IMG/VR virus record: IMGVR_UViG_3300045971_000577
Span: 1 to 64,000 of that record
Strand: one strand, 5' to 3'
Length of the DNA: 64,000 bases
Made by a program: the position numbers and the translations under genes. Below, in pieces: positions 1 through 10,807 of the stretch. Below the pieces are notes generated by a model. It was not told where the DNA came from and did no database searches. It saw only the letters and a program-made list of their open reading frames with translations. Numbering within the stretch: the stretch's first letter is position 1; the number at the start of each line of letters is the position of its first letter.

Positions 1-110
1 GCTTCGTTGGCGTAACGGATGAACTCGTCACGCGTCATCGGCTTCGACATGTTGTTGGCTCCTTGCTGCGATGTCTGTATTATGCACGCAAGGAGCCACC
101 CTGTCAACCG

Positions 111-614
111 CTAGTTGAACGCCTGCCCGTTGATGCGGAGCTCGGTGATGCTTTCCGCCTTGAAAGTGCGGATGATCACCTTGTCTTCCAACCCGCCCTG
201 TTCACCTGCAGTGGCAGCTGGCAAGCCCTGGATGTCGCTGGCAGCAATGGGGTGGCCGTCCAGCAGGTACTCGCTGTTGCCGGGCTTGTGGAAGATGGCT
301 TCCAGGTAGTAGGCCCCGTTGTGTTCCACGATGGGCATGTTGGGAACACGGGTGCCCCAGGCGCGTTCCGACAGCGTGAAGTCCGTTGCTGGCTTGCCCT
401 CGGCAACCAGGCGGCGTTGCACCATGGCAGCGTAGGCGTTGACATTGGTGTTGGTGAACGCTTGCACGGCAGCGCCGATCATGCGCTTCGTGACGCGGCC
501 TTGCATGGGGTTCTTCTTGCCACCCGTCAGCTTGACTTCGGTGTGGGTGTCGATGCCGATGAAGCTGGCGCCCTGGATGGTGCTGACAGCGTTGACGAGG
601 GTTGCGTGCTTCAC
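111..614 (-). CDS. Hypothetical early phage protein
   Basis: ORF with GTG start directly downstream of a promoter cassette. Confidence 0.75.
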   Translation of the reverse strand: MKHATLVNAVSTIQGASFIGIDTHTEVKLTGGKKNPMQGRVTKRMIGAAVQAFTNTNVNAYAAMVQRRLVAEGKPATDFTLSERAWGTRVPNMPIVEHNGAYYLEAIFHKPGNSEYLLDGHPIAASDIQGLPAATAGEQGGLEDKVIIRTFKAESITELRINGQAFN

Positions 615-685
615 TAAGTGCCCTTTGTGTGTTGCGATGTATGTATTATGCAGCAGGGCGACCCGTAGGTCAACCACTGTTACAT

Positions 686-898
686 CTAGCTGATGATGCA
701 AAGCCTCTCGGGGTAGTTCATCGGCCGCGTGCTGTCTGCGAGGTAGACCTTGTCGCCGTTGACCTTTGTGCAGATCTGCACTTCGACCCAGGCGATGCCC
801 TTGGCCCCTGCAATCGCACGGGCAACCTTCTGCCCCACCTCGAACTGCTTGCCCTGCACGTCAACGGCCATGTCGATCTCCAGTTGTTCGTGGCACAC
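686..898 (-). CDS. Hypothetical protein
   Basis: Minus-strand ORF in the co-oriented run. Confidence 0.55.
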   Translation of the reverse strand: MCHEQLEIDMAVDVQGKQFEVGQKVARAIAGAKGIAWVEVQICTKVNGDKVYLADSTRPMNYPERLCIIS

Positions 899-1094
899 GT
901 ATTTCTATAGACGCCCGTGTCCGAGAAGCGCCATTGTAAAAAGGGAGAGTGTATGTGGGCGATTCCGCTAGTCGTGATTCAGCGTAGTCCTCGGCGGCTC
1001 TCGGCGCGCCTTACTCGCTTATCCGATCCCAATCGCTGCACTCACCGGTATCAGTTTCCCGGCCTGGCAGCTTCACACACACCCTCCCGGAAAC

Positions 1095-1352
1095 TCAATC
1101 GTTGATGATCAACACCGTGGTGCCGGCGAACACCGGACTCTTCTGCACCGTGGCCGTCGACGCCTTGTAGCGCCAGCCCATGACGTCTTCGTCCGACGCA
1201 TCCATGTCCGTGCCGTAGTGATGGAAGTCGAAGCCGTTGATCGACACCACGGAACCGGCGTGCGTACCCGGAGCCAAGCCCAACTCACTCGCTTCCGCGA
1301 CGTAGGTCTTGCTTTGCTCTTGGTACTGGAACTGCTCGGACTTGAAGCGCAT
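1095..1352 (-). CDS. Hypothetical early protein
   Basis: Promoter cassette and RBS immediately upstream. Confidence 0.8.
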   Translation of the reverse strand: MRFKSEQFQYQEQSKTYVAEASELGLAPGTHAGSVVSINGFDFHHYGTDMDASDEDVMGWRYKASTATVQKSPVFAGTTVLIIND

Positions 1353-1427
1353 GGCTGACTCCTTGTTGCGATGTATGTATTATGTGGTCAACGCCCGTAG
1401 GCGTCAACCACTGTTACATCTGCAGGG

Positions 1428-1772
1428 TCAGCCCGCCTCGGTGAACTGCTGCGACAGCGCCGCCAGCGTCTTGCGGTTGGCTTCTTCGCGGGAGGCCACC
1501 TCGGCAGCCTTCGCGGCCAACGCCGCATCGACCTTGGCCTTGTCGCGGGCCAGCAGCTGGGTGGCCATGGCCTTCGCGGCGTCCTTGATGCTCTGGGGCG
1601 CGGGCTCGCGGCGCGGCCAGCCCAGCTTGTCCTTCAGCGTGCGGCGGATGAAGTCCTCGTGCTTCTCCTCGATGCACGCGCCCTTGGGGCGGGCCTGGGC
1701 AATCATGAACACGCTGCGGCGCGTGTCGATGTCGATGGTGGTGCGACGGGCGGTGTTTTGGGCTGCGGGCAT
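1428..1772 (-). CDS. Hypothetical early protein (helical, Ala/Lys/Arg-rich)
   Basis: Promoter cassette and RBS upstream. Confidence 0.8.
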   Translation of the reverse strand: MPAAQNTARRTTIDIDTRRSVFMIAQARPKGACIEEKHEDFIRRTLKDKLGWPRREPAPQSIKDAAKAMATQLLARDKAKVDAALAAKAAEVASREEANRKTLAALSQQFTEAG

Positions 1773-1843
1773 GTTGTGTGCTCCTTGTTGCGATGTGTGT
1801 ACTATAGCGGAGACAGGGTGAGCTGTCGACCGCTAAGTGAAGT

Positions 1844-2059
1844 TCAGGCTGCCAGTTCCGTCTTGGCCTTCGGCTCGTTGTAGCCTTGCGGCGCACGGTG
1901 GCGCGTGGCGGGCACCTTGTGGCCGTGGTTGCCGTCGTGGTCGGGACCCTTGCGCACGGGATGGGTGTAGTTGCCGGCATCGTTCTTGGGGCCACGGGCT
2001 TGCTTGGCCAGAACCTTGGATTCGAAATGCTCGCCATTGACGGTGAAAAGACGCTTCAT
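1844..2059 (-). CDS. Hypothetical early protein
   Basis: Start MKRLF after GGAG; promoter at 2090-2131. Confidence 0.7.
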   Translation of the reverse strand: MKRLFTVNGEHFESKVLAKQARGPKNDAGNYTHPVRKGPDHDGNHGHKVPATRHRAPQGYNEPKAKTELAA

Positions 2060-2137
2060 TGCTGTGTGCTCCACGTTGTTGCTGCGATAGTGCAGTGTCG
2101 TTACTATAACAGAGCCCGCAGGCCCTGTCAACAGGTA

Positions 2138-2413
2138 TTAGCAGGTCTCGTTCTGCTCACTCGTTGCATCGCCTTCGACCAACGAGGCAAGCAAGCGGTC
2201 TCGCTCGATCTTCAACGATAACAGCTTGCCCAGCGACATAGGCGGCTGATATCGGAGATCAGCGATATCAGCCGCACCACGGAACACTTGCACCAGCGGC
2301 GAACCTATGATTCCGAATGTCGGAGTCATCCATTGCCCGATCGGACCGCCCGCGCCATAGAAGGCGAAATGCATGCGGGAGATCGTGTTGCGTCGATGTT
2401 GTCGGAGGTTCAA
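2138..2413 (-). CDS. Hypothetical early protein
   Basis: Promoter cassette and RBS upstream. Confidence 0.7.
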   Translation of the reverse strand: MNLRQHRRNTISRMHFAFYGAGGPIGQWMTPTFGIIGSPLVQVFRGAADIADLRYQPPMSLGKLLSLKIERDRLLASLVEGDATSEQNETC

Positions 2414-2486
2414 TCTTGACTCCTAGTTGCGATGTGTGTAGTATACGCCAAGATCCGAATCTGTCTACCTGATCTTGGCGCGAAGT

Positions 2487-2801
2487 TCAGACCGACCAGT
2501 ACGTCTCGGTGCTGGGATCGCAAATCATCGGCGTGTTGACCGCTTGCTGAAACTCGACACCAGTCATCAGGTTCTTCTTGGTCACGGTCTTCTGCACGTT
2601 GCAGAAGAAGTTGTCGTCTTCGGTGATCAGGAAGTTCTCGCGCAGGATGGGTTGCACCTTCGATGCGGTGTCCTTGATGGCCCGCGTCAGGGCAGCCTTG
2701 GCCGCACCTTCAGAAGCGAACGACGCATGATCCGTCTTGACCCCCGGATGCAAGGACAGGAAGCGGGTGGTATCCTTGTGGTAAACAATGTAGCGGGGCA
2801 T
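2487..2801 (-). CDS. Hypothetical early protein
   Basis: Promoter cassette and RBS upstream. Confidence 0.8.
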   Translation of the reverse strand: MPRYIVYHKDTTRFLSLHPGVKTDHASFASEGAAKAALTRAIKDTASKVQPILRENFLITEDDNFFCNVQKTVTKKNLMTGVEFQQAVNTPMICDPSTETYWSV

Positions 2802-3068
2802 GAGCTGCTCCTTGTTGCGATGTCGTTATTGTACTAGGCCAGCCAGCACAAGTCAAGTAGTTTGTGAAAGGATCGCCGCGATATCTTCATCGCCATGCAG
2901 GTCCTTTAAAGCCTTGCGAACTTCTTCCGAAGCTAAGTCACGCTTTGCGAGAACCCGGGCAATAGCAATCAGCCCGTCTATTAGTCCGACAGTAATACCT
3001 ACTTCGGACCGGCAGCAAGTAGAAGTTTCCATAGTCGTAACTATATTAGCATTCCACCAGAGTGTCAA

Positions 3069-4172
3069 CCATTGTTACAAAGAGTTACATCTCCACCACG
3101 CAGTACACACGCCTCACAACGCCACACGAGAGCAACTGATCCTTGGTCCGAGACTAGCTATGTGCCTCACAATAGGGCTTGAGACCTAAGCCCATCCCAC
3201 CGAGGCACCATGAAACCCTATGCCTCACAAGATGTAACAGTTCGTAAAAGTTGTAACAAAACGTTTCTTTGCGAGGCTGAAACCCGAAACCCTTGAAGAT
3301 CGAAACGCACAAATGGAAATAGGCCTCAACGAATACTCTCCGGAGACCTTTCAGCTTTCAACAGACCTGCGGGACTCAATACCCACTCGGAACTCTATCC
3401 GTTTCACTATTCGTTGAGCTTCGTCGATCGAATAGGATCACTTCTTTATGAACATCAAGCAAATGTTTTCGCATTATAAGCGAAACTCTACGATATTTTG
3501 GGGGCTGGCCCGAGGGTGCCGCATATGTTACATAGAACTTCTTTTATACTGCTACAATGCTATTTATGACGAAGATCACGTATAGGCACAGTTATAGGGC
3601 TCACGTTAGCTATACAGTAAGCAAGATCACAGCGTAAACAGCGGTCTAGGGGCGAGGCAGCAGCACTATTGCCACCGTGGCTACATGCAGCCGGTCTGCA
3701 TAGTCAGTGAAAGGTTCTAGAAAGGTTCGGCGTGATAACCTATTGATTTAGAAAGGTTTTATATAGGTGTTCACATAGATACGCATGTGTGCGCTCACTC
3801 ACTCACTTTGGATTCCTAGGCTAGAATCCTATACGCATCCGTGAATTCACGACGGAAAGGGCCCGCAGCTTTTTGCCGCAGCTTTTCTAGACAGGATTCC
3901 GAATCTGGCCTCGAAAATCCACTCTTGTCGACTGCCTTAGAATCCCAATCTACCTTCATCTCATACCGAGAGAGGCTCATGCATTTCCTTCATTATCCAT
4001 ATCGCCCACACAAATCCACACTCTTTCACACTCTATTGCACCCTGTTGATTTATATAGGGTTGCTTAGAGTTATACGTTCTTTTCTGTTGTTTTTCTGCA
4101 CTCTATTCTATATGCGTCTGAATGTCTACTTACACTATTTTCTATGTATTCTTGCTAGTATTTCGTTCTAGT
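3069..4172. other. ~1.1 kb non-coding region with short dispersed repeats
   Basis: No credible ORF; GCCTCACAA x3, GAAAGGTT x3, TGTAAC/GTTACA words. Confidence 0.7.
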
Positions 4173-4418
4173 CTAGGGGTTTTCTTGGACGTCATCTTCC
4201 AGTATTATTCTTCTTAGTAGTGCCAAAGCTTCATAGGTCTGTTGCACATCTTTACGAACAGAAGCCCAGTTGGCTATCATGTCTGGAGTAACCTGCCGGG
4301 CGTCGTAGTTCCATTGCCTGCTAGTCCATTTGTGGAAGAGTCTAGGAGGAAGTGCTTCTAGTTGTTCCGCTGTGGGTGGATGGCCTATTGGATACTTGAT
4401 ACTATCGAATATCGTCAT
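4173..4418 (-). CDS. M(S/T)(L/I)FxxIKYP paralog family member
   Basis: MTIFDSIKYPIGHPPTAEQLEALP. Confidence 0.85.
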   Translation of the reverse strand: MTIFDSIKYPIGHPPTAEQLEALPPRLFHKWTSRQWNYDARQVTPDMIANWASVRKDVQQTYEALALLRRIILEDDVQENP

Positions 4419-4651
4419 CTTGGATTATAGTCCCGAATAAGTCTTCGTAGAAGGGATAGGGCTTCGATTGTGTCTGGGCGGCCTCTGCGAACATCTGCCC
4501 AGTTGGCTATCATGTGTGGAGGACATAGCGCGGGTTCATAGTCCCATTGCTTCTTTACCCACCTGTTGAATAGTTCGCCTGGAAGGGCTTCTAGTTCTTC
4601 TAGCGTTGGTACTTCGCTTATTGGATATCGAAGTACATCAAAGATTGTCAT
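4415..4651 (-). CDS. M(S/T)(L/I)FxxIKYP paralog family member
   Basis: MTIFDVLRYPISEVPTLEELEALP; overlapping start/stop. Confidence 0.85.
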   Translation of the reverse strand: MTIFDVLRYPISEVPTLEELEALPGELFNRWVKKQWDYEPALCPPHMIANWADVRRGRPDTIEALSLLRRLIRDYNPR

Positions 4652-4841
4652 CTGATGGCCACTCCCATTCGAGTATTACTTTCTTTAGAATATTACGAGT
4701 TTCTACTTCTTCTGTTAATTGGGCGTTGGACAGATGTCGATGCACATTCATATACACGTCCCAGATGCAATTTGGAACTGCGTAGATGGTAGTCCGGTCT
4801 TCGGGTACGATCGGATACTTGATACTATCGAAGAGACTCAT
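4638..4841 (-). CDS. M(S/T)(L/I)FxxIKYP paralog family member
   Basis: MSLFDSIKYP. Confidence 0.85.
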   Translation of the reverse strand: MSLFDSIKYPIVPEDRTTIYAVPNCIWDVYMNVHRHLSNAQLTEEVETRNILKKVILEWEWPSDDNL

Positions 4842-5071
4842 TCTTCGGGCTCTTGGCGATCGGCCAACATTTTTCTAAGCAGGGCAATATCTTCTTCGGC
4901 ATCGGTTGCGAATATGCGGAAGGCCGCGGCAACGCTCACGGCAGTCTGTGTGTGGATGAATCCTGCCTTTTGCTTATACTCTTCGAAGAATTCGACAGGC
5001 AAGGCTTCTAGTTCCGATTGTGTTGGCACCGGAAAGGATAATTGATATTTGATTACATCGAAGAGGCTCAT
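4838..5071 (-). CDS. M(S/T)(L/I)FxxIKYP paralog family member
   Basis: MSLFDVIKYQ..ELEALP. Confidence 0.85.
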   Translation of the reverse strand: MSLFDVIKYQLSFPVPTQSELEALPVEFFEEYKQKAGFIHTQTAVSVAAAFRIFATDAEEDIALLRKMLADRQEPEE

Positions 5072-5256
5072 TCCTCACCTTCCCATTCCATCATCACTTT
5101 GATAATGACTGCATTGCTGTTGTTTTCTTGGGTAATTTCCTCATCGGCCATGTTTTCACGCAGCCTAATATAGGCATCCCATATATCATCTGGTACATGG
5201 CGAAAATCGGCCGTTTCTTTATCTACTGGATACTTGATAAGTGTGAAGAGACTCAT
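5068..5256 (-). CDS. M(S/T)(L/I)FxxIKYP paralog family member
   Basis: MSLFTLIKYP. Confidence 0.8.
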   Translation of the reverse strand: MSLFTLIKYPVDKETADFRHVPDDIWDAYIRLRENMADEEITQENNSNAVIIKVMMEWEGEE

Positions 5257-5528
5257 ACCGGTTCTTCGTAGTCGCGGATTAGTTGCTTCAGCAGTTTCAT
5301 ATCGGCAAGATCATTCCTATACCGCTTACTGTTGCTATTGAAACCCATGTGGCGCCAGTTATCCTGATACCACTCAGCGATATGTTAGTAATCGTCTCTC
5401 ACGCTTGTTAGCGATCTCCAGTCGGAGTTGTTTATCCATTGGACATACAAGTCGCGTGGAAGTGCTCGAAGTTCTTCAGCCCGGGGTGGTCCGCTTATTG
5501 GATATTTGATTACGGAGAAAAGGCTCAT
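5253..5528 (-). pseudogene. Family member interrupted by an in-frame TAA
   Basis: Hand translation: MSLFSVIKYPISGPPRAEELRALP...RDDY*HIAEWYQDNW...KQLIRDYEEPV; similarity to the neighbour continues past the stop. Confidence 0.8.
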
Positions 5529-5791
5529 GCACCATCCCAGTTCTTGATAAGTTGCCTTAGGGCTTCTATATCTCTCATGTCCTTCTGAAATTCGCGCATT
5601 GATTCAGAAATAGATGTCCAATGATCTGCATACCATTCGGCTATGTATGGAATATCAACATCATTACCGTAGTGGTCTCTCCAATCGGACATATTGATCC
5701 ACTTTATGAAGAGTGTAAGCGGTAACGCCTTCAGTTCTTCGGCCCGTGGCGGACTGCTTATTGGATAGCGGAGGACATCGAACAGACTCAT
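5525..5791 (-). CDS. M(S/T)(L/I)FxxIKYP paralog family member
   Basis: MSLFDVLRYPISSPPRAEELKALP. Confidence 0.85.
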   Translation of the reverse strand: MSLFDVLRYPISSPPRAEELKALPLTLFIKWINMSDWRDHYGNDVDIPYIAEWYADHWTSISESMREFQKDMRDIEALRQLIKNWDGA

Positions 5792-6057
5792 TCTTGCCAC
5801 TCTGATATCAGTCTTCGAAGTAGATATACATCAGCTTCTATTTCGGTGCTGAGCCGCGTCGGTGCCAGGCTAGGCCAGTTGCGGTTCATCCATCCGGAAA
5901 CCCATCGTGGAGATTGAGCTGAATCCTTGTCAACAGTGTACCAGTGGCATTCAACGTTATCAGTCCAGGAGTGGAACAGCTTCACAGGAAGTGCATCTAG
6001 TTCTTCCTCGGTCGGCGGAAGGCTTATTGGATAGCGGAGGACATCAAAGAGTGACAT
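5788..6057 (-). CDS. M(S/T)(L/I)FxxIKYP paralog family member
   Basis: MSLFDVLRYPISLPPTEEELDALP. Confidence 0.85.
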   Translation of the reverse strand: MSLFDVLRYPISLPPTEEELDALPVKLFHSWTDNVECHWYTVDKDSAQSPRWVSGWMNRNWPSLAPTRLSTEIEADVYLLRRLISEWQE

Positions 6058-6307
6058 CGCAGGGCTCCACTTCTTTTAGTGCTCTATGGAACTTCCGGCG
6101 CACATATTCTTTCTCGTGGGTGGTCTGAGCGGTTTTTGCCCAGCGGGCTAGGCTACAACACTTGAGGGAGAAGATTACCCCGTTCTCCTCTTCAGGTTCA
6201 TGCACTACCACCCACAACCGATCAACAATAGGTGCAGGCAGCCGGTATAGGGCTGCCTCGCTGGTTACGTCGGTATCCGCGTAACGAAGATATTCGAAAG
6301 TGCTCAC
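6044..6307 (-). CDS. Divergent member of the same family
   Basis: MSTFEYLRY..EAALYRLP. Confidence 0.7.
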   Translation of the reverse strand: MSTFEYLRYADTDVTSEAALYRLPAPIVDRLWVVVHEPEEENGVIFSLKCCSLARWAKTAQTTHEKEYVRRKFHRALKEVEPCDVTL

Positions 6308-6901
6308 ATTGCCTTACTTCTTCAAGCAGCGAAAGATTCCAACATTCATTTTCTTTGCTACGTCCTCGCATGACTTCTCGCCGCGAAACTCGCTAATGAC
6401 CTTCCAATCATTCGCGCCGTGTACACCTGTGTGGTTGGCAGCGTAGCCAGCAAGCGCCATGATAACCAGAATGTGTGTCATGATTCTGTCTTTTGGCCAG
6501 CCGCCGGCCAACCGTCGACCGCGTAGTTGAATATCGCACTGCTAACGAATGCGATTGCGAATCCGATCAGTGCCGGAGTGAACAATCCCAATATCCAGTA
6601 GCAGCTGGCAGCGGAAATCAATCCTGCTGCTAGCGCCAAACCAAAGTTTTCATTCATTGCATTTCCTTCAGTATGTAGCGGAACGAATAGATTGATTCCA
6701 GGAACTCACGTCGGTAGGCGAAGTGCTTGCCCTGCTTCTTCCGCCCGTTCTTACACGAAGCACGATACACAGCAATGGTGCGTTTCGCGAAGTCGATAGC
6801 CGCAGCTTCCCCGTCACGTTGAAGCATGAAGTTGAAACGCTCGAGTTCTCTGTTCTTGTCCATGTGTGTATTGTAACGCACACGGGCAGGAAGAGCAAGA
6901 C

Positions 6902-7333
6902 CTATGCTTCTTGCATATGGGCTTGATAGTTTCTCCAGGCCGCCAGCGTGTTCATGTTGTAGTGGGCGAATGGGCTGTGTTCACGCAACCCGAGTTTCAG
7001 CAAACTCATGTGCGCCAGTGCAAAGTTAGCCTCGGGCACTGGTACTTCTTCGATCGCACCTTCATAAAGGTACGTGGTCACCCAGTAGTCGTTGCCGTCT
7101 GCGCCGTAGCAGACCGCAGCGTAGAGAGGCATGAGCTTTTCGGGGCGCAGCGTGACACTGCATTCCTCTCTGGTTTCGCGGATGATCGCTTCCAGGTTCG
7201 TTTCACCAGGATCAACCTTACCGCCTGGCATGCCCCACTTGGTGAAGTCATTGCGACGGCTGATGGCCAGAATTTCGTCCGGATACAGCCCGCCACCAGT
7301 AGGGATCAGAACTGATACGGCTTGCTTCAGCAT
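6902..7333 (-). CDS. NUDIX hydrolase
   Basis: Nudix box [21 protein letters not shown]. Confidence 0.9.
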   Translation of the reverse strand: MLKQAVSVLIPTGGGLYPDEILAISRRNDFTKWGMPGGKVDPGETNLEAIIRETREECSVTLRPEKLMPLYAAVCYGADGNDYWVTTYLYEGAIEEVPVPEANFALAHMSLLKLGLREHSPFAHYNMNTLAAWRNYQAHMQEA

Positions 7334-7996
7334 GGCTTAGCGGAAAAGAAACCACACCACCCCGCCAATCAACCCAACCACCACCCCGCCAACCAGGGCA
7401 GCTTTGATGATCAGGCTGGCGAAGAATTCGAAGAGCATGCTGAGAACGCCGGTGGAAGAGGTATCTTGGCTCATGGTAATTTCCTTTTGTCAGGGTTGAG
7501 GGAGAATGGTTGTCCAGATTTCTGGATCACATGGATCGCCGGTCGAACTGTCCCACATCACTGTCTCCAGCAAGATGAACATCACAGCATCGTTTAGATT
7601 ATCGAAATCCATAGCATCATCTATGGCGTCACCACACACTGCCTTGCTCCGATAGGTATAGTTGCCATGTTTGTGTTCCGACTTACTTGTAGGGTGAATA
7701 ACCGTCGGCGATGAGTTCCTGTGCGATTTGTTCGGGCACATCGAACAAGATTTCGTATTTGGCCGCCAGATAGGCCTTTTGTTGTTCTTCAGTCAACTTG
7801 GAGAACACAAGGTGCTCATCAACAAAATACCCGTATTGGTAGTCGCGATCAACAAAAACACGCACACAGTTGCCGACCGCCGCGGGTCGAAGAGTCCCTA
7901 CGCTTTTGTGTTCGGTTATCTGAATGTGCATCTTGTGCTGCCAATGTGTGTTGCGATGTATGTATTATGCAGGAGACGACGGATTAGGTCAACCTC

Positions 7997-8512
7997 TTAC
8001 ACCAAAATGTCGTACACCTCATCATCGATGTATATCCTATTTCTGCAGGATGGTTCCGAGGCATACAGGAAGATACCCATACATTTCGGCCTATGATTGT
8101 TGTATTTGGCAGCAGCCCTGTCAATGGACCGGATGATATGTTTCACTGTGGCACCAGTGTTGATGAAATCATCAACAACGAGGTAGGTCCTGATAGGTTC
8201 CGTGCTGTTGCTATCAATTGCGGAACCATGACTCTGCTCACCTACCTTGCGCACATTGATAATGGGCAGTTGATGGAACACTCCAGCGATAAACGCAAAG
8301 GCTGCGCCACTATGACCGCTGTAGGCCAACGCATCCGGCTTGAGCTGTTCAATATGCTCACCCAGTCCCATTGTCGCAATCTTCAACTTCGTGGCGAGCC
8401 TGGCAGGAGGAAAGTTCATCCATCCATACCCGCCTTCGCATCGCCACGCAGATCTGGTAACCTTGCATTTTTTCATCGGTTGCCCCAAGCATTCATGAAC
8501 CTGTCGAGACAC
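7997..8512 (-). CDS. Type I phosphoribosyltransferase-like protein
   Basis: PRPP-binding motif LVVDDFINTGAT and INVRK. Confidence 0.8.
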   Translation of the reverse strand: MSRQVHECLGQPMKKCKVTRSAWRCEGGYGWMNFPPARLATKLKIATMGLGEHIEQLKPDALAYSGHSGAAFAFIAGVFHQLPIINVRKVGEQSHGSAIDSNSTEPIRTYLVVDDFINTGATVKHIIRSIDRAAAKYNNHRPKCMGIFLYASEPSCRNRIYIDDEVYDILV

Positions 8513-9690
8513 CTATTGAAGTAGCGTAGCGTCATCCGGGAACCAGTCACATCACGACCTTGCAGGGTACGCTCCAGACGCCTGGAGCGTAGTGTGATGC
8601 GGGTCTTACTCAGCCCCCACGCATTCGGGAAAGGTTGACTTCTCATGTGTGTATTATGTAGCGACAGCGTGAAGCAGTCAACCTAGATCTGAAGGGACGA
8701 TGGTGATCTGGCCGCCCTGTTGGATGTGGGCGAACAGATCCTTGAAACCCGCAAGCAATGAGCTCTCCATGTGGAAGCCGTGATCAGCCTCGCACCTGGC
8801 CTGCGAGATGATTGCTTGCTGGAGTGCGAACAGAAGGTTAGATTGTTGGACGTTCATGTCACTCCTTCCAACTGACAGGCATCGTGAATGCCTGTGCGTT
8901 GTTCAACCGCTTCACCTCATCACAATCGTAGCCTTCGCTAACTAGGACGAACCTTGCGGCGCTGAGACTCGCATGATTTCCTTCCAGGATGGTGCAGTGT
9001 CGGCCGCCGGTGGCCTCGCGTTCAATCTGGCGTTCAAACCACGGCTTGTCAGCCAGTGCGCGAGCTTGTGCAGGAGTGATCACTTGATGTCCTTCAGCTT
9101 GATGCAGAGTGACTTGTCACCCTTGGCAGCGTACCAGGAATGGGCGCCAGGGCAGAAGTACATGGAGATGATGCGATCGCCGAAGAGTTCACGCAACGAC
9201 TTCTCCAGTTTCCACTGTTTGGCTTGCTTGGCCTTGAAAACATCGGTGGCAAACCACAACTTCAGCCGTCGGGTGGGGGCCTTGGGCTTCGCCTTGCTGT
9301 CATCGTTGAAAATGCTGCGTTGCGACGCGCTGTCGAAACCAGCTTCCACCAGTGCCAGTCGGAACAGGCCGATATCTCCACGGAAGGTGCGTGCCATAAT
9401 GCTGTGATTCCTTGTTGCGATGTATGTATTATGCGCGACTGAACGGAATAGGTCAAGCAGTTTGCGAAACTTCCTTGAGGAAGTAGGCAATCTTGCCGCT
9501 ACCGCTACCCTTGAAGAAGCGGTTGTCGGGTTGCAGCTTCACGTCAAATGGGCTGGAACCTTTTTCGTTGTCCCATTGCATAATTCCGGTGACACGGCCG
9601 TCCTTGACTTCGATGTTCGAGAAGGACGTTTCGCGACGTGGCTTGGATCCGTAGATCTGGCGCATGGCAATGTATTTCATGGGAGTCCTT

Positions 9691-10068
9691 TCAGGGTTTC
9701 CACTTGTAGCCAGGACCTTCGTACTGGCGGTTGATCTTCTGGATGGAGTCGAATGCGAACTCCTTGTTGCTGCTGCGCGCCAGGATGGTCTTGCCCTTGG
9801 ACTTCTTGGCAGTCTTCTCGTCCGGGTGCCACGTCTTTCCGTGGTCGGCGCTGTATTGGATGCCCTTGAAGACACCCTTCGGCGTGTAGCGGCGGTAGGT
9901 CAGGATGCCGTACGTGATGCTGGTGAACTTGAAACCACGCATGTAGGATCCGCTGCGCCCGCTGACACAGTCCACCATAATATTCACCTGCTTGTCACCA
10001 AGCATGGCAAGCTGGTTGTTGTTCTTCAGATACTCGTCTTTGACGACGGTTGGGGAGAGCTGGAGCAT
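9691..10068 (-). CDS. Hypothetical early protein
   Basis: Start MLQLSP after the promoter cassette. Confidence 0.75.
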   Translation of the reverse strand: MLQLSPTVVKDEYLKNNNQLAMLGDKQVNIMVDCVSGRSGSYMRGFKFTSITYGILTYRRYTPKGVFKGIQYSADHGKTWHPDEKTAKKSKGKTILARSSNKEFAFDSIQKINRQYEGPGYKWKP

Positions 10069-10420
10069 TGCTGTCCTTTGTTGTGCGATGTGTGTATTAT
10101 GCGCGCCTGACCACATTAGGTCAAGTAATGATTGAAAAGTTTCCACACATCGAAACCCACACCATCGGTCTACAGTGATGGGGAACCCCATCACTGTAAC
10201 GGTTACACGGCTTGCTTAAAGGTTTCGCGCAATGAGGCCATGGCCTCATTGTATTTTCTCTGATCTTGCATCCGAATTTGCTCCTGCAGATAATGCCGGT
10301 CCTGCAGATGTCGAGAGGATCGTAGCCAGTCCATATTGGTCTCGGACATGACACGCTGAATATTCTCTTCGCTCGGGGTGAACAACATTTTTTACTACTC
10401 CTATCAATCGCGGTGTTACC

Positions 10421-10807
10421 TCATACTTGAGCGAATACACAACCACATGCATCGCACTCGTCCCCGAACACCGCATCGGGGTCAACTTCTTGTCCACATT
10501 CGGGACAATCCTTGTGTTGGTCAACAACCAATGCAGGCTGTTCGACCAGATCTTTCAGCGATTCCTTCCATTCCGGGGAACGCCGACTTTGAATCCATTC
10601 CACGAGTGCTTCGACCGCACCCGAGTTGTCTTCCAGGAAGACGAAAATGTCGCCCAAACACGCGCCACCCTGCATCTGTCCATAACGGTTAATGCTATCC
10701 GAATAACCCAGCGCATTCACCAACTTGGCCAGGCCTTCGACGCCACGCCGCCCTTCCAGGCTGTGGATCTTGTTCTGGTCGAGAAACTGTTGGACGAGGG
10801 ATTGCAT
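10421..10807 (-). CDS. Hypothetical protein with C-terminal CxxC..CxxC zinc ribbon
   Basis: CPECG...CDACG. Confidence 0.7.
   Translation of the reverse strand: MQSLVQQFLDQNKIHSLEGRRGVEGLAKLVNALGYSDSINRYGQMQGGACLGDIFVFLEDNSGAVEALVEWIQSRRSPEWKESLKDLVEQPALVVDQHKDCPECGQEVDPDAVFGDECDACGCVFAQV

Noticed and set aside
5385-5387. Stop-codon reassignment or a suppressor tRNA
   Set aside because: Only one in-frame TAA was seen, other genes use all stops normally, and the TTA-containing loop at ~47010 has no anticodon stem.
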